A DNA stretch of 64,000 bases from Scyliorhinus canicula (lineage: Eukaryota), in contig NC_052158.1 in NCBI RefSeq assembly GCF_902713615.1, positions 14,876,546 to 14,940,545 on the forward strand, written 5' to 3'. The position numbers were made by a program, and so were the translations under genes. The notes beneath the pieces were generated by a model. The model worked only from the letters and a program-made list of their open reading frames with translations, was not told the DNA's origin and searched no databases. This document shows positions 38,389 to 51,304 of the stretch, one piece after another; position 1 is the stretch's first letter, and the number at the start of each line of letters is the position of its first letter.

Positions 38389-41014
38389 CTACACTATGCC
38401 CTTATCATCCATATGCTTATCCAATAAACTTTTAAATGCCCCCAATGTTGGCGAGTTCACTACTGTTGCAGGTAGGGCATTCCACGGCCTCACCACTCTT
38501 TGCGTAAAAAACCCACCTCTGACCTCTGTCCTATATCTATTACCCCTCAATTTAAGGCTATGTCCCCTCGTGCTAGCCACCTCCATCCGCGGGAGAAGGC
38601 TCTCGCTGTCCACCCTATCTAACCCTCTGATCATTTTGTATGCCTCTATTAAGTCACCTCTTAACCTTCTTCTCTCTAACGAAAACAACCTCAAGTCCAT
38701 CAGCCTTTCCTCATAAGATTTTCCCTCCATACCAGGCAACATCCTGGTAAATCTCCTCTGCACCCGTTCCAAAGCTTCCACGTCCTTCCTATAATGAGGC
38801 GACCAGAACTGTACGCAATACTCCAAATGCGGCCGTACTAGAGTTTTGTACAACTGCAACATGACCTCATGGCTCCGGAACTCAATCCCTCTACCAATAA
38901 AGGCCAACACACCATAGGCCTTCTTCACAACCCTATCAACCTGGGTGGCAACTTTCAGGGATCTAAGTACATGGACACCGAGATCCCTCTGCTCATCCAC
39001 ACTACCAAGAATTTTACCATTAGCCAAATATTCCGCATTTCTGTTATTCTTTCCAAAGTGAATCACCTCACACTTCTCCACATTAAACTCCATTTGCCAC
39101 CTCTCAGCCCAGCTCTGCAGCTTATCTATGTCCCTCTGTAACCTGCAACATCCTTCCGCACTGTCTACAACTCCACCGACTTTAGTGTCATCAGCAAATT
39201 TACTCACCCATCCTTCCGCGCCTTCCTTTCTCAAAGAACTCGATAAGGTTTGTGAGGCATGACCTACCCTTCACAAAACCATGCTGACTGTCCCTAATCA
39301 TATTATTCCTATCTAGGTGATTATAAATCGTATCTTTTATAATCCTCTCCAAGACTTTACCCACCACAGACGTTAGGCTCACCGGCCTATAGTTACCGGG
39401 GTTATCTCTACTCCCCTTCTTGAACAAAGGGACCACATTTGCTATCCTCCAGTCCTCTGGCACTATTCCTGTAGCCAACGATGACCTAAAAATCAAAGCC
39501 AAAGGCTCAGCAATCTCTTCCCTGGCTTCCCAGAGAATCCTAGGATAAATCCCATCCGGCCCCGGGGACTTATCTATTTTCACCTTGTCCAGAATTGCCA
39601 ACACTTCTTCCCTACGCACCTCAATGCCATCTATTCTAATAGCCTGGGTCTCAGCATTCTCCTCTAAAATATTATCTTTTTCTTGAGTGAATACTGACGA
39701 AAAGTATTCATTTAGTATCTCGCTTATCTCCTCAGCCTCCACACACAACTTCCCACCACTGTCCTTGACTGGCCCTACTCTTACCCTAGTCATTCTTTTA
39801 TTCCTGACATACCTATAGAAAGCTTTTGGGTTTTCCTTGATCCTACCTGCCAAAGACTTCTCATGTCCCCTCCTTGCTCGTCTCAGCTCTCTCTTTAGAT
39901 CCTTCCTCGCTTCCTTGTAACTATCAAGCGCCCCAACTGAAACTTCACGCCTCATCTTCACATAGGCCTCCTTCTTCCTCTTAACAAGAGATTCCACTTC
40001 TTTGGTAAACCACGGTTCCCTCGCTCGACCCCTTCCTCCCTGCCTGACTGGTACGTACTTATCAAGAACATGCAATAGCTGTTCCTTGAACAAGCTCCAC
40101 ATATCCAGTGTGCCCAACCCTTGCAGCCTACTTCTCCAACCAACACATCCTAAGTCATGTCTAATGGCATCATAATTGCCCTTCCCCCAGCTATAACTCT
40201 TGCCCTGCGGGGTATACTTATCCCTTTCCATCACTAACGTAAAGGTCACCGAATTGTGGTCACTGTTTCCAAAGTGCTCACCTACCTCCAGATCTAACAC
40301 CTGGCCTGGTTCATTACCCAAAACCAAATCCAATGTGGCCTCGCCTCTTGTTGGCCTGTCAACATATTGTGTCAGGAAACCCTCCTGCACACATTGTACA
40401 AAGAACGACCCATCTAATGTACTCGAACTATATCTTTTCCAGTCAATATTTGGAAAGTTAAAGTCTCCCATAACAACTACCCTGTTACTTTCGCTCTTTT
40501 CCAGAATCATCTTCGCCATCCTTTCCTCTACATCCCTAGAACTATTAGGTGGCCTATAGAAAACTCCCAACAGGGTGACCTCTCCTTTCCTGTTTCTAAC
40601 CTCAGCCCATACTACCTCGGAAGAAGAGTCCCCATCTAGCATCCTTTCCGCCACCGTAATACTGTCCTTGACTAGCAGCGCCACACCTCCCCCTCTTTTG
40701 CCCCCTTCTCTGAGCTTACTAAAACACCTAAACCCCGGAACCTGCAACAACCATTCCTGTCCCTGCTCTATCCATGTCTCTGAAATGGCCACAACATCGA
40801 AGTCCCAGGTACCAACCCATGCTGCCAGTTCCCCTACCTTATTTCGTATACTCCTGGCATTGAAGTAGACACACTTCAAACCACCTACCTGTACACTGGC
40901 ACCCTCCTGCGAAGTCAAATCTGTGCTCCTGACCGCTATACTCTCAATCTCCCGTACCCCAAAACTACAATCCAGGTTCCCATGCCCCTGCTGAATTAGT
41001 TTAAACCCCCCCAA
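38389..41014 (-). pseudogene. CR1 ORF2 (AP endonuclease plus reverse transcriptase), split by a deletion near 39228
   Basis: NARS, ISETW, YRPP, MGDFN, LDLV, SDH (APE); SPGPDG, NYRPVSLTS, QHGF, SCLTNL, then a jump to SKFADDTK and VRPHLEYCVQFWSP. The DFSKAFD and GVPQGS motifs are absent. Confidence 0.92.
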
Positions 41015-41634
41015 AGAGCACTAACAAATCTCCCCCCCAGGATATTGGTGCCCCTCAGGTTCAGGTGTAGACCATCCTGTCTATAGAGGTCCCACCTTCC
41101 CCAGAAAGAGCCCCAGTTATCCAGAAATCTGAATCCCTCCCGCCTGCACCATCCCTGTAGCCACGTGTTTAATTGCTCTCTCTCCCTATTCCTCATCTCA
41201 CTATCACGTGGCACGGGCAACAACCCAGAGATAACAACTCTGTTTGTTCTCGCTCTGAGCTTCCATCCTAGCTCCCTAAAGGCCTGCCTGACATCCTTGT
41301 CCCCTTTCCTACCTATGTCGTTAGTGCCAATGTGGACTACGACTTGGGGCTGCTCCCCCTCCCCCTTAAGGACCCGGAAAACACGATCCGAGACATCACG
41401 TACCCTTGCACCTGGGAGGCAACATACCAAACGTGAGTCTCTCTCGCTCCCACAAAATCTCCTATCTGTGCCCCTGACTATTGAGTCCCCAATTACTAAT
41501 GTTCTACTCCTTTCCCCCCTTCCCTTCTGAGCAACAGGGACAGACTCCGTGCCAGAGGCCCGTACCCCATGGCTTACCCCTGGTAAGTCGTCCCCCCCAC
41601 AAGTATCCAAAACGGTATACTTGTTACTCAGGGA
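40996..41634 (-). pseudogene. CR1 ORF1 C-terminal SGNH/GDSL esterase domain
   Basis: Motifs VIGDSIVRG, CLPGARV, HIGTNDIG, DGLHLN. Confidence 0.9.
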
Positions 41635-44600
41635 AATCTTAATTTTGACCCCCAAAAATGTTTATCTGATAGCACAGATGGCGCTGCAAGCTACCATGGC
41701 CAGTATAATGGTTTACAAAGTAAAATTGCTGATATGGCTGATCAACATGTTCATATATGGTGCTATGCCCATGTCTTGAATTTGGTGATAACTGAAACAA
41801 CAAAATGTTGTGTGCCTGCAATTTCTTTTTTCAATTTGCTCCAGAATATAGCAACTTTTGTGAAAGCATCATACAAGAGAATGGCTGTATGGATAGAAGT
41901 TGTTGGAAAACATCTAGGACAAGAAAAAATGAAACGATTAAAGCTAATTGGTGAGACCAGATGGTCAGGAAAATCCAATGCAGCAACAACTATATTTGGA
42001 CGTTTTGATGATGCCGCTGCCAGTACTTTCGTAAATCTATTGACATGCTTATCAATGATACAAGATTCAGAAAACAAATTGATGCAAAAACAAAACATGA
42101 AGCAAATGTTTTACTTCAAAGTCTTCTAAAGTTTGAAACCATATTGACAGCATTTACTTACTTGTATATATTTGAAACTACAACCCCGTTATCAAGTTAT
42201 CTACAGACAAGTGGTTTAGATATGTTCACTGCATGGAGTTTGGTAGATTCAGCTACAACAAAGTTGAAGGAACAGACAAGAACATTTGATAACGTTCACA
42301 GCAAGGCTTTGGAATTTGTAAATAAATGTAATGACAGGATTTCACAGATGAATATGGATGAAAATCAAACATTGGAAATTGATGCGTTGGAAACAGCATT
42401 GCCAGTTAAGAGGCAGAGGAAGAAGAAAAGAATGGCAGATGAGCTTATTGATGATGAAAGGAATTCCTCAGATTCTCTAGCTGCTTTTCAAGTAAATGTG
42501 TTTAACCTAATAATGGATCGCATTGTCCAGTCACTAGAATCATGCTTTGTACAACACAAACAGTTGTATAAAGATTTGTCCTGCTTGGACCCAGCAAAGT
42601 TTAAAACTATTGCAGAGAAGGGCCTTGAAGATGAAGCATTGGAAGGTATTATTAAGCTGTTTCCACAAATCAGCAAAGATCAAGTAATATTGGAATTGTT
42701 TTCTTTTGCTTCAAACTTTGATGTATTAAAGCTATTGCTTAATGATGGTGAGAATATGGATTCCAGTTGCAACAATTGTAAAATTTGCAGCACTTGCCCA
42801 TCATGTGTACTAAAAATTCTGGCATCCAACAGACTTCATGACAAGGCATATGATAACCTTTATGAACTTTATAAAATCATCTGAACACTATCAGTTACTC
42901 ACGTCCAATATGAGAGGACATTTTCAAAGCTAAAGATCATAAAGACAAGGTTAAGAAATTCGCTATCTGAGAAGAATTTGGAATCATACATGTTGCTATC
43001 CATTGAAAAGGAATTGTTAGATGAATTGGGTGCAGAAGCAATTATTGGCAGATTCGCACAATCATCTAGCGAACACAAACGATTGCTCTTAATATAGTGG
43101 ACTGCATGCAATGCTCTATTGTGCTTTTGAACTATCTTAATGTGTAAATTTTGCAGTAAACTATTTAAAAATATCAACCAATTACTTAAAATTTAAAAAA
43201 ATAAATAAATAATTCTATTATAACATTCTGTATCTACATTTGGTATCTACTGTCAGTAATACGTACAGTACATGTACACTGTAATTACTACGAAATACAC
43301 ATTTTTTCCACAAAAATTTTAATTGTACCCTTTTTTCCACATGTATTTTTTGAAAATTTAATTTATTCGTTATGAAAATTAAATGATAGCATTGTAGTTG
43401 TGGGTGGGCCCCCTTTGTCTCCTGGCAACCACTATTTTTAGACCCAGTCCGCCACTGGTACAGGGGTATTACTGTAATACCTATATATACAATATAATAC
43501 AACAGTGGTGACTACCACAGAATTGAAATCTGAAACCTTCCCTCCTACACCAGCTGTTTAGCCACGGGTTCAGCTGTTTCTAGCTTCAGAAGCATGTGGC
43601 ACAGGGAGTAATCCTAAGATTCCAGTTGGGGCTGCTCCAAGTCAGCTGCACTCTTTGTAAACTCCCGGCTCCACCCGCATTCTTTGAGAAAATGTAGGAA
43701 ATGAAAGGAGCATCTCGCTCCCTCCTCAACAAACTCGCTTAGTCACCAAACTCCCATTACAGCACTCTAATGCTTCTTGAAGTCAGCAATCCTGTGCAAA
43801 ATGATGTGCAATATGGTCATGTCTGATTTTCTACTTTAACTTAAGGCATATGCAGAGAGCGCAGGAGTCTGGTGTTGAAATGGAAGATCAGCCATGGTTA
43901 TATTGAATGGCAGAGCAGGCTCGAAGGACAGAATGGCCTACTTTAGTTCCTATTTTCTATGTTTCCATGTAACTCCACTTTCCTGCCCACTCCTCATATC
44001 CCTTGAGTCGCTGAGAAACCAAATATATGTTTATCTCAGTCTTAAATGCATTCAACAATGCAGACGTTACAACACTCCTGGAGAATTCCAAAGATACACA
44101 ACCCTTTGAACAAGGAAATTCATCCTCATCTCAATCCTAAATGATCGATCCCTTATCCTGCGACTGTTTCCCTGTTATTTAGATTCTCCGGTGGAAACAA
44201 CCACTTAGTGTCTGCCCTGTCAAACCCCACCACAATGTGATTCTCCAGGTGTGGTCTTGCTAAATCCCTGGAGATTGCAGCAAGACCTTCATATTCTTGG
44301 ATACCAATTCCCTTGCAATAAAGGCCAACATGGCAATTGCTGCCCTAATTCCTTCCTGTCCCCAAAGGCTAACTTGTTAATAATAATAATCTAATAATCT
44401 TTATTATTGTCACAAGGAGGCTTACATTAATAAGAAAATCCCCTAATCGCCATACTCCGGCACCTGTTTGGATACACTGAAGGAGAATTCAGGACGTCAA
44501 AATAACCGAACAGCACATCTTTCGGGACTTGTGGGAGGAAACTGGAGCACCCGGAGGAAACCCACGCAGACACGGGGAGAAGGTGCAGACTCCGCACAGA

Positions 44601-45164
44601 TAGTGATCCATGCGGGAATCAAACCTGGGACTCTGGCGCTGCGAAGCAACAGTGCTAACCACTGTGCTACCATGTCGTCCTTCTGAACATTAGACGTTAC
44701 GTGGCTTCAAAAAAATATTCTGCTTTTCTATTCTTACCATTAAAGTGAATAATCTCACACTGCCCCATATCATTTTCTTTTTTCTTTTCTTACAATTAGT
44801 GCACCCAAATCTTTTTTTCCCAATTAAGGGCAATTTAGCGTGGCCAATCCACTTAACCTGCTCATCTTTGGTTTGGGGAGTGGAGGGGGGGACAGTGAGA
44901 CCCACGTAAACACAGGGAAAATGTGCAAATTCCACACAGACAGTGACTCGGGTCCAGGGTCGAACCCAGGTCCTTGGCACCGTGAGGCATCAGTGCTAAT
45001 CATTACGCCACCGTGCTGCCCCTTCACTGTCCCACATCATACTCCACTTGTCAACTTGCTGCCCACCCACTTAATCTGCATATATCACTTTGCAGCCTCT
45101 CTGTGTTCTCCTCACAGCTTACATTCCCACCTAGGTTTTTAGCACCAGCAAATTTAGATACTTT

Positions 45165-45628
45165 GGGCGAAATTCTCCGACCCCCAGCAGGGTCACCCGG
45201 GAATTGGTTTGAATCATCTCTGGTGGCGGCGGGATCGGCAGCGCGAGTGGGCCCCCTGGGTCCTGGGGGGGCGCAGGGCGATCGGACCCTGGGGGGGTGC
45301 CCCCATGGTGGCCAGGCCCGCGATCGGTGCCCACTGATCGGCGGGAAGGCCAGTGCCGTGGGGGCACTGTTTCTCGTCTGCCGCCGCCACGGCCTCCGCC
45401 ATGGCGGAGGCAGAAGAGAATCCCCCAGCGCGCATGCGCGAACCGGAGAAGGCCTTTCGGCCAGCCCCGGCGCCTGGCGGTGGGCCTGAAAGGCCGCTGG
45501 TGCCGGTTTTGGCGCCAGTCAGCGTGGTGCCAACCGCTCCGGCGCGGGCCTAGCCCCCACTGGAGTGGTTGGCGCCACTCCCCTACGCCGGGACCCCCCG
45601 CCCCGCCGGGTAGGGGAGAATGCCGCCC
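45165..45628. mobile_element. GC-rich MITE of the same TIR type, inserted in a CR1 remnant
   Basis: gggcgaaattctcc / ggagaatgccgccc termini. Confidence 0.72.
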
Positions 45629-45669
45629 ATTATCTCTGTATCTTTATCTTAAACAGGAAAACGAGGTCG

Positions 45670-47390
45670 TTTTAAATGATCTGTATTTTCAGATTTGGAA
45701 ATTAAAAATACAGTATAAGTTTAAGTGAGTTTAATTATGCCAGAAAGGGTTATATTTATATTAAACAAAGGTGCTTGCATATAGGGGATTTTGGGTTTCA
45801 TTTCAAACTATGCCTGCATTGTGATTAGAGACATTTACGGTATGAAGACAAACAGGGCGTAAAGAAAGGTTAGGCTGTTGCTGAGCAACCAGGGGCCTCT
45901 TTAAATTAGAAAGTCCTTTTAGGTTTAATGTTAAGTTGGGCCCAGTAGTAGTTGGAACCCAGGTAACTGGAGAGGAAGCAGCTCTCATAGAAAACTTCCA
46001 GAAGCAGAGAGGCAGAACCATGGAGAAAGGGCAAGAAAGCAAGCCCCAGAAGCTAAAGAATAGATAGTTCTAGAAATAAGGGAATAAAAAGAGAAGTCCA
46101 AGGAACAAGTCAAAGGGACAAAAGGAACTGGAATTTGAACAAGATACTGTTCACTAAAGCCAAAGAAAGTACCAGAAAATGTGCCCTGAATTAAGGAGAC
46201 AGCTTGGGTAACCAGTTTTAAAGTGGAGAAGCCAGATATCTGAAGTAATCGCTGACACCTTAATCCAGCCTGTGAAACAGTGGTGTTGCCGAATACCTAG
46301 GAGATTGTGTGGAAGCTTGAATGCATGTGGTGATCAATGGCAAAGGGATACTGAAAGGAGAGATTGAAATCCTGGAAGCGGATCCATGGTGATTGTATCC
46401 GAGAGAAAGCATTGTTTGGGAGTTTAGAAGATATGTCTTTTTGAGAGTGGAGTTTGGAAACACTCATGTGGAAATCAGAGTTCCAGTGAGACCAGTGGGC
46501 TCCCAGTGTGATGAGCATATGGGGGGATGTAATGAGAACTCCCCAAATGTTGTATCGGGCATCCTCCACTTGGTTTCAGAGTGGGTGTGCACCTGACCAG
46601 AGTTGGCCTGGTGGTTTACAGGGACTGGTCACTTGCTGAGAACATTATAGTATAAAATATATTTTATAACTTGTGTTATCCTTGAAGATCTGTGTACATC
46701 TGTGAAGACATGGTGGGGTGAAGGAGTATTGTGTTCTAGTCAATCTTTTCATGTTTAATAAATGTTTTATTAATTTTTAAAAGCTAATTGGCTGCCCCAT
46801 GACTCTGTTCATTTACATTTGTGAAACAGAAGTAAAAGTTGGTCTATTAAACCTGGATTACAATCTGGGACCTGTGGTGGTGTGCATCACTGTAAATACA
46901 CAAGGGGTTAATGTAAATACATGTAGACTAGCTAGACACTAGAGGGAGCACCAGAGACATCACACACACACACTCAACCAATACATCAGTTAGATAGGGC
47001 ACGGCCAATGGGCATTCACGATACACACAGTGGTGAGACGACCACAGGAGGGCATTACACCAACCCATATATAAAGGACGCCACGCACATGATCTGCCTC
47101 TTTCCAGTGGAGACAGTCAGTGAGTAGAGACACAGGGTTGATTTGATATCACTCCCACCACGTGGATTGTAGCAGACTGGTTAGTCAATCTGAGTAGCTA
47201 TAGTAGGATGAGCAGTAGTGTCGAACCCAAGTTATAGAAGTGTATGTAGTTTAATAAACGTGTTGAAGTTATCTCCACGTCTGATCCTTCCTTTGTCAAG
47301 TGCACCACAAGGAAGCTGTTTATGCTACACCTAGAGCATAACAAGACAGGACCTTTCCATCCAGTAGTAAAATAAGCTGGTATTGTAACA
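45670..47390 (+). mobile_element. Long LTR-like element (left boundary uncertain)
   Basis: Purine-rich body, AATAAA near 46757, ends ...tgtaaca just after the nested LTR. Confidence 0.45.
46873..47348 (+). mobile_element. Solo LTR nested in a longer LTR-like element
   Basis: TG...CA termini, perfect 5-bp TSD GGACC, TATA (atatataaa) and AATAAA inside. Confidence 0.85.
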
Positions 47391-50300
47391 GTCTAAGTCA
47401 TTTAAAAAAAAAAATTATTAGATTACCCAATTTATTTTTTCCAATTAAGGGGCAGTTTAGCGAATCCAATCCACCTGCCCTGCACATCTTTGGGCTATGG
47501 GGGCGAAACCCACGCAAACATGGGCAGAATGTGCAAACTCCACACAGTCAGTGACCAGAGCCAGGATCGAACCTGGGACCTCGCCGCCGTGAGGCAGCAG
47601 GGCTAACCACTGCACCACCGTGCTGCCTCTCAGTCTAAGTCATTAATATAGATTGCAAATAGCTGAGGCATCAGCATTGTTCCTTGCAGCACTCCACTAG
47701 CATGCTAACCTGAAAATGTCCCATTTATTCCTACTCTCTCTCTCTCTGCTTCCTGTCCATTAATTAATCTTGGATCAATGCTAATTGGCCAATGCCCCCA
47801 ACTCCATAAGTCCTTTTCCTCCATTTGAGACTTTTGTGCAGGATCTTATTGAATGCCATTTGGAAATCTCTAAGAATCCTACATCTACTGCCCCCCCCCC
47901 CCCCCTTCCCCCTTCCCCCGCGCATTGTTATCTTATCCCTTATAAGATAGATTCTGTAACTTGAGTCATCCTTAAATATTTGTGTGTATATCTGTGAAAA
48001 TGTAGGTGGAGAGCTCGGAAGTGATGGTCCATCATCTGTCTTCAATTGAATCCCAGTTCTCTAACTGTCAGGGTCATATTTGGAATTCCCATTCCTTGGA
48101 TTATCACTAGTCCAACAATACAACTGCCACTGTGTTCCTAGTTGATTAAGAGTTAACCGATGCCTTGGGTTGGCACCTGGTAGTCATCATAGTCATCACT
48201 AACTTTTGGCATTCCACGTTTAAAATCACAGGAATTTGGGTGATCTGATACTGCAACCCCAGAAGTATATCCTAATCAACATTCCTCACATAGTTCAGGG
48301 AAGGTGTGTCAGATACTAGATACATAACACACAAGTCATATCACAGCAAGACTCTCCTCTTCTCGACTGTTCCCTCTAGCTGCCTACCTACCCTGCTAGC
48401 GAAGGTTATTGTACTGTGGTTGTTTCCAACCACCCAGAGGCAGAAGGAACAGAATATGCAGAAGGACTTGAGTTCAACAGTCAGTTTGAGAAATAGAGAC
48501 AAAAAGTCTAGAAATAACGGTCTTAGATCAGTATCAGGGGGCCATCATGTTGTCAGATTATCGTTTAAAAAAACCCAACTGGTTTTACTCTTGTCCTTGA
48601 TTCGCCGAATGGCTCTTTCAACCAGCCTGTCACATGTGTGGTGGGGCTGGACCATCTCCTGTGTGCTATTGTCCAACAATTCTAATTTGCCACCCTTACT
48701 CGTCGATCTGGTCCGTATGTGACTCCACTCCCACATCGATGTGGTTGATTCTTACCTGATTTAAGGTCAGGAGCAGGAGGCTCGGAGGGGATTTGTGGAA
48801 AAACCTTTTTGCCCAGAGGGTGGTGGGAATATGGAACTCACTGCCTGAAAGGGTGGTAGAGGTGGGAAGCCTCACAACGCTTTAGAAGCATTCAGATGAG
48901 CACTGGAAGTGCCGGTAAATGGGATGAGAATAGATATGTGGGTGATGGCCACGTTCCTAGCTGATTACGGCCAAAGGACCTCTTTCTGTGCTGTAAAACT
49001 CTATGCTCTCTGAACTGGCCTTTCTGATCAACGCTCCCTCTTATTTTCTTTGAGGTTTGCCCGCTTGTGCGTTGCACTGTGCCATCCCGTTAGAATGGCT
49101 GGGAGACCACACAGCCGTGAAAAGGGACCGTCGCCAGCATGGGGCCCCCTCGCTTGTAGCAAACCTATATATAAAGAATTATCAGCAGTGTGGGGGCGGG
49201 TTCGAGATGAACACATCCCATCACCAGTTCCTCACGGAAACTCTGGGCAATGGTGCCCCCATGCCCAGAATGAATTAAATATAAAGTGGTTGAGCCTTGC
49301 CGGGGTAGGGTTCTGTAAGCGACAGTCTTGACCATGAGTCACTGACTGATCCATTGTAACGAGGAGCGAGGGTGAAATTAATAAAACATCAGCACCTACC
49401 GTCTTGTTCACTTGGTGCTCACTTTGCAATTAGGAGGGGGTCTCATACCCCGCTCTCCCCTGCCCTTTGCCTCTCACCATCTCCGCAGCCCGGGAACCTT
49501 TAGACCAAACCTTTAGTCCAAAGATGTGCGGGTTAGGCGGATTGGCCATGCTAAATTGCCCGTAGTGTAAGGTTAATGGGGGATTGTTGGGTTACGGGTA
49601 TACGGGTTACGTGGGTTTAAAGTAGGGTGATCATTGTTCGGCACAACATTGAGGGCCGAAGGGCCTGTTCTGTGCTGTACTGTTCTATGTTCTATTAAAT
49701 GTCACACCCTCCCTCACCTAATTTACCACTGGCCTTTGCTGGTTACATTTACCCTCGGTAGACTTGAGCCCACTGAAAGCTCTGATGCTGCCCTTACTTA
49801 TCTTAACTCGCGCTCAAACCCCCATTCACGGGGCGGCACGGTGGCGCAGTGGGTAGCACTGCTGACTGACCAGGACCCAGGTTCGATCATGGTCCCGGGT
49901 CACTGTCCGTGTGGAGTTTGCACATTCTCCCCGAGTCTGCGTAGGTTTCACCCCCCCACAACCCAAAAAGATGCGCAGGTTAGGTGGATTGGCCACGCAG
50001 AATTGCCCCTTAATTGGAAGAAAAGAATTGGATATTCAAAATTAATAAATAAATAAATAATAAAATAAAAATAAACTCCCGTTCACACATCATTCCCCGT
50101 GCTCGCTGATCGATCAACTCCTCCAATTTAAAATGCTCATCCTTGTGTCACCTCCTTGTTCTCTCCCACCCTCCCCCCCCCCCCCCCCCCCCCCTCCCAC
50201 CCCTCTCCCCCCTGCCCACCTCCTCTGAAACCTCCCCATCCCCAGAACCCTCCGGGAAGTCTGGGCTTCTCCAATACTGCCTTCCGGAGTAGGCCCGGTT

Positions 50301-51263
50301 TTAATCATTCCACCACTGGTGGCTATGCCTTTAGCTGCCTGAGGATCTACGTTCCGATTCCCCCACAGAACCTCCCTGCAGACTAAGTTTTTAAAAATTA
50401 CTTCATGGAATGCGATTTGAATCCACCATCTCATACTGCCCATCTTTTTTCTACACATTTTAGAGTACCCAATTCATTTTTTCCAATTAAGGGGCAATTT
50501 AGCGTGGCCAATCCACCTCGCTGCACATCTTTGGGTTGTGGGGGTGAAACCCACGCAAACACGGGGAGAATGTGCAAACTCCACACGGACAGTGACCCAG
50601 AGCCGGGATCGAACCTGGGACCTCGGTGCCGTGAGGCTGCAGTGCTAACCCACTGCGTCACTGTGCTGCCTCTTATATTGCCCATCTTGAGAAATTAGCA
50701 GCGAACTGCAATTGATAATAGCTTCATGGCACCGAGACTAGCTTTTAATGTGACATCTATTCATTAATTGAATTAAAATTGCACTTGCTGCCACAATAGG
50801 ATTTGAACGCCTTTCGCCGGAGAATGAATGCGGACCACAGGAGTATTAGTCCGATGATGCTGCCACTCGGCTCCCCAGTGCTCCTCAGGATCTATCTATT
50901 TGACTCTGAGTGTTCGCTGATGTGGCTTTTGATGTTGAGGGTTAACTGCAAGACAGGTTGGCATGGTGGCACAGTGGTTAGCATTGCTGCCTACAGCACT
51001 GAGGACCCGGGTTCGAATCCCGGCTCAGGGTCACTGTCAGTGTGGATTTTCCACATTCTCCCTGTGTCTGCGTGGGTTTCACCCCCGCAACCTAAAGATG
51101 TGCAGGATAGGTGGATTGGTCATGCTAAAGTGCCCCTCAATTGGAAAATAAAAACCTCCAAACTATAAAAATGTTGCAAATATTCGGCAGGGTTCTTGAC
51201 GAGAGGTCACCGACCCGACAATGTGAGGCTCCCCTCCCCTTCTTCGCAGGACCCGGCGAGCGA

Positions 51264-51304
<41 letters not shown>

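Larger units (their letters stand above)
38288..41634 (-). mobile_element. CR1 LINE, 5' truncated, with an internal RT deletion, nested in the hAT transposase
   Basis: ORF1 esterase, ORF2 APE plus RT, 3' (TTCTATG)n tail at 38288-38315. The hAT reading frame LIETLQ|NLNFDPQKC rejoins across it. Confidence 0.95.
36953..43457 (+). mobile_element. Decayed hAT DNA transposon (ZMYM1-like/Tip100-type transposase pseudogene), 5' truncated and interrupted by a CR1 LINE
   Basis: Fragments with a TTF-type zinc finger relic (WLTY..LYC), GKQALPFQGH, HGNFL, SIQVDSTQD, TDGA, CYAHVLNL, ETRWS and the C-terminal ERTFSKLKIIKTRLRNSL. Stops at 37979 and 42882 and a frameshift near 42075. Right end ...ccagtccgccactg (CAGTGGCGGA-type TIR) at 43457. 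Confidence 0.9.
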
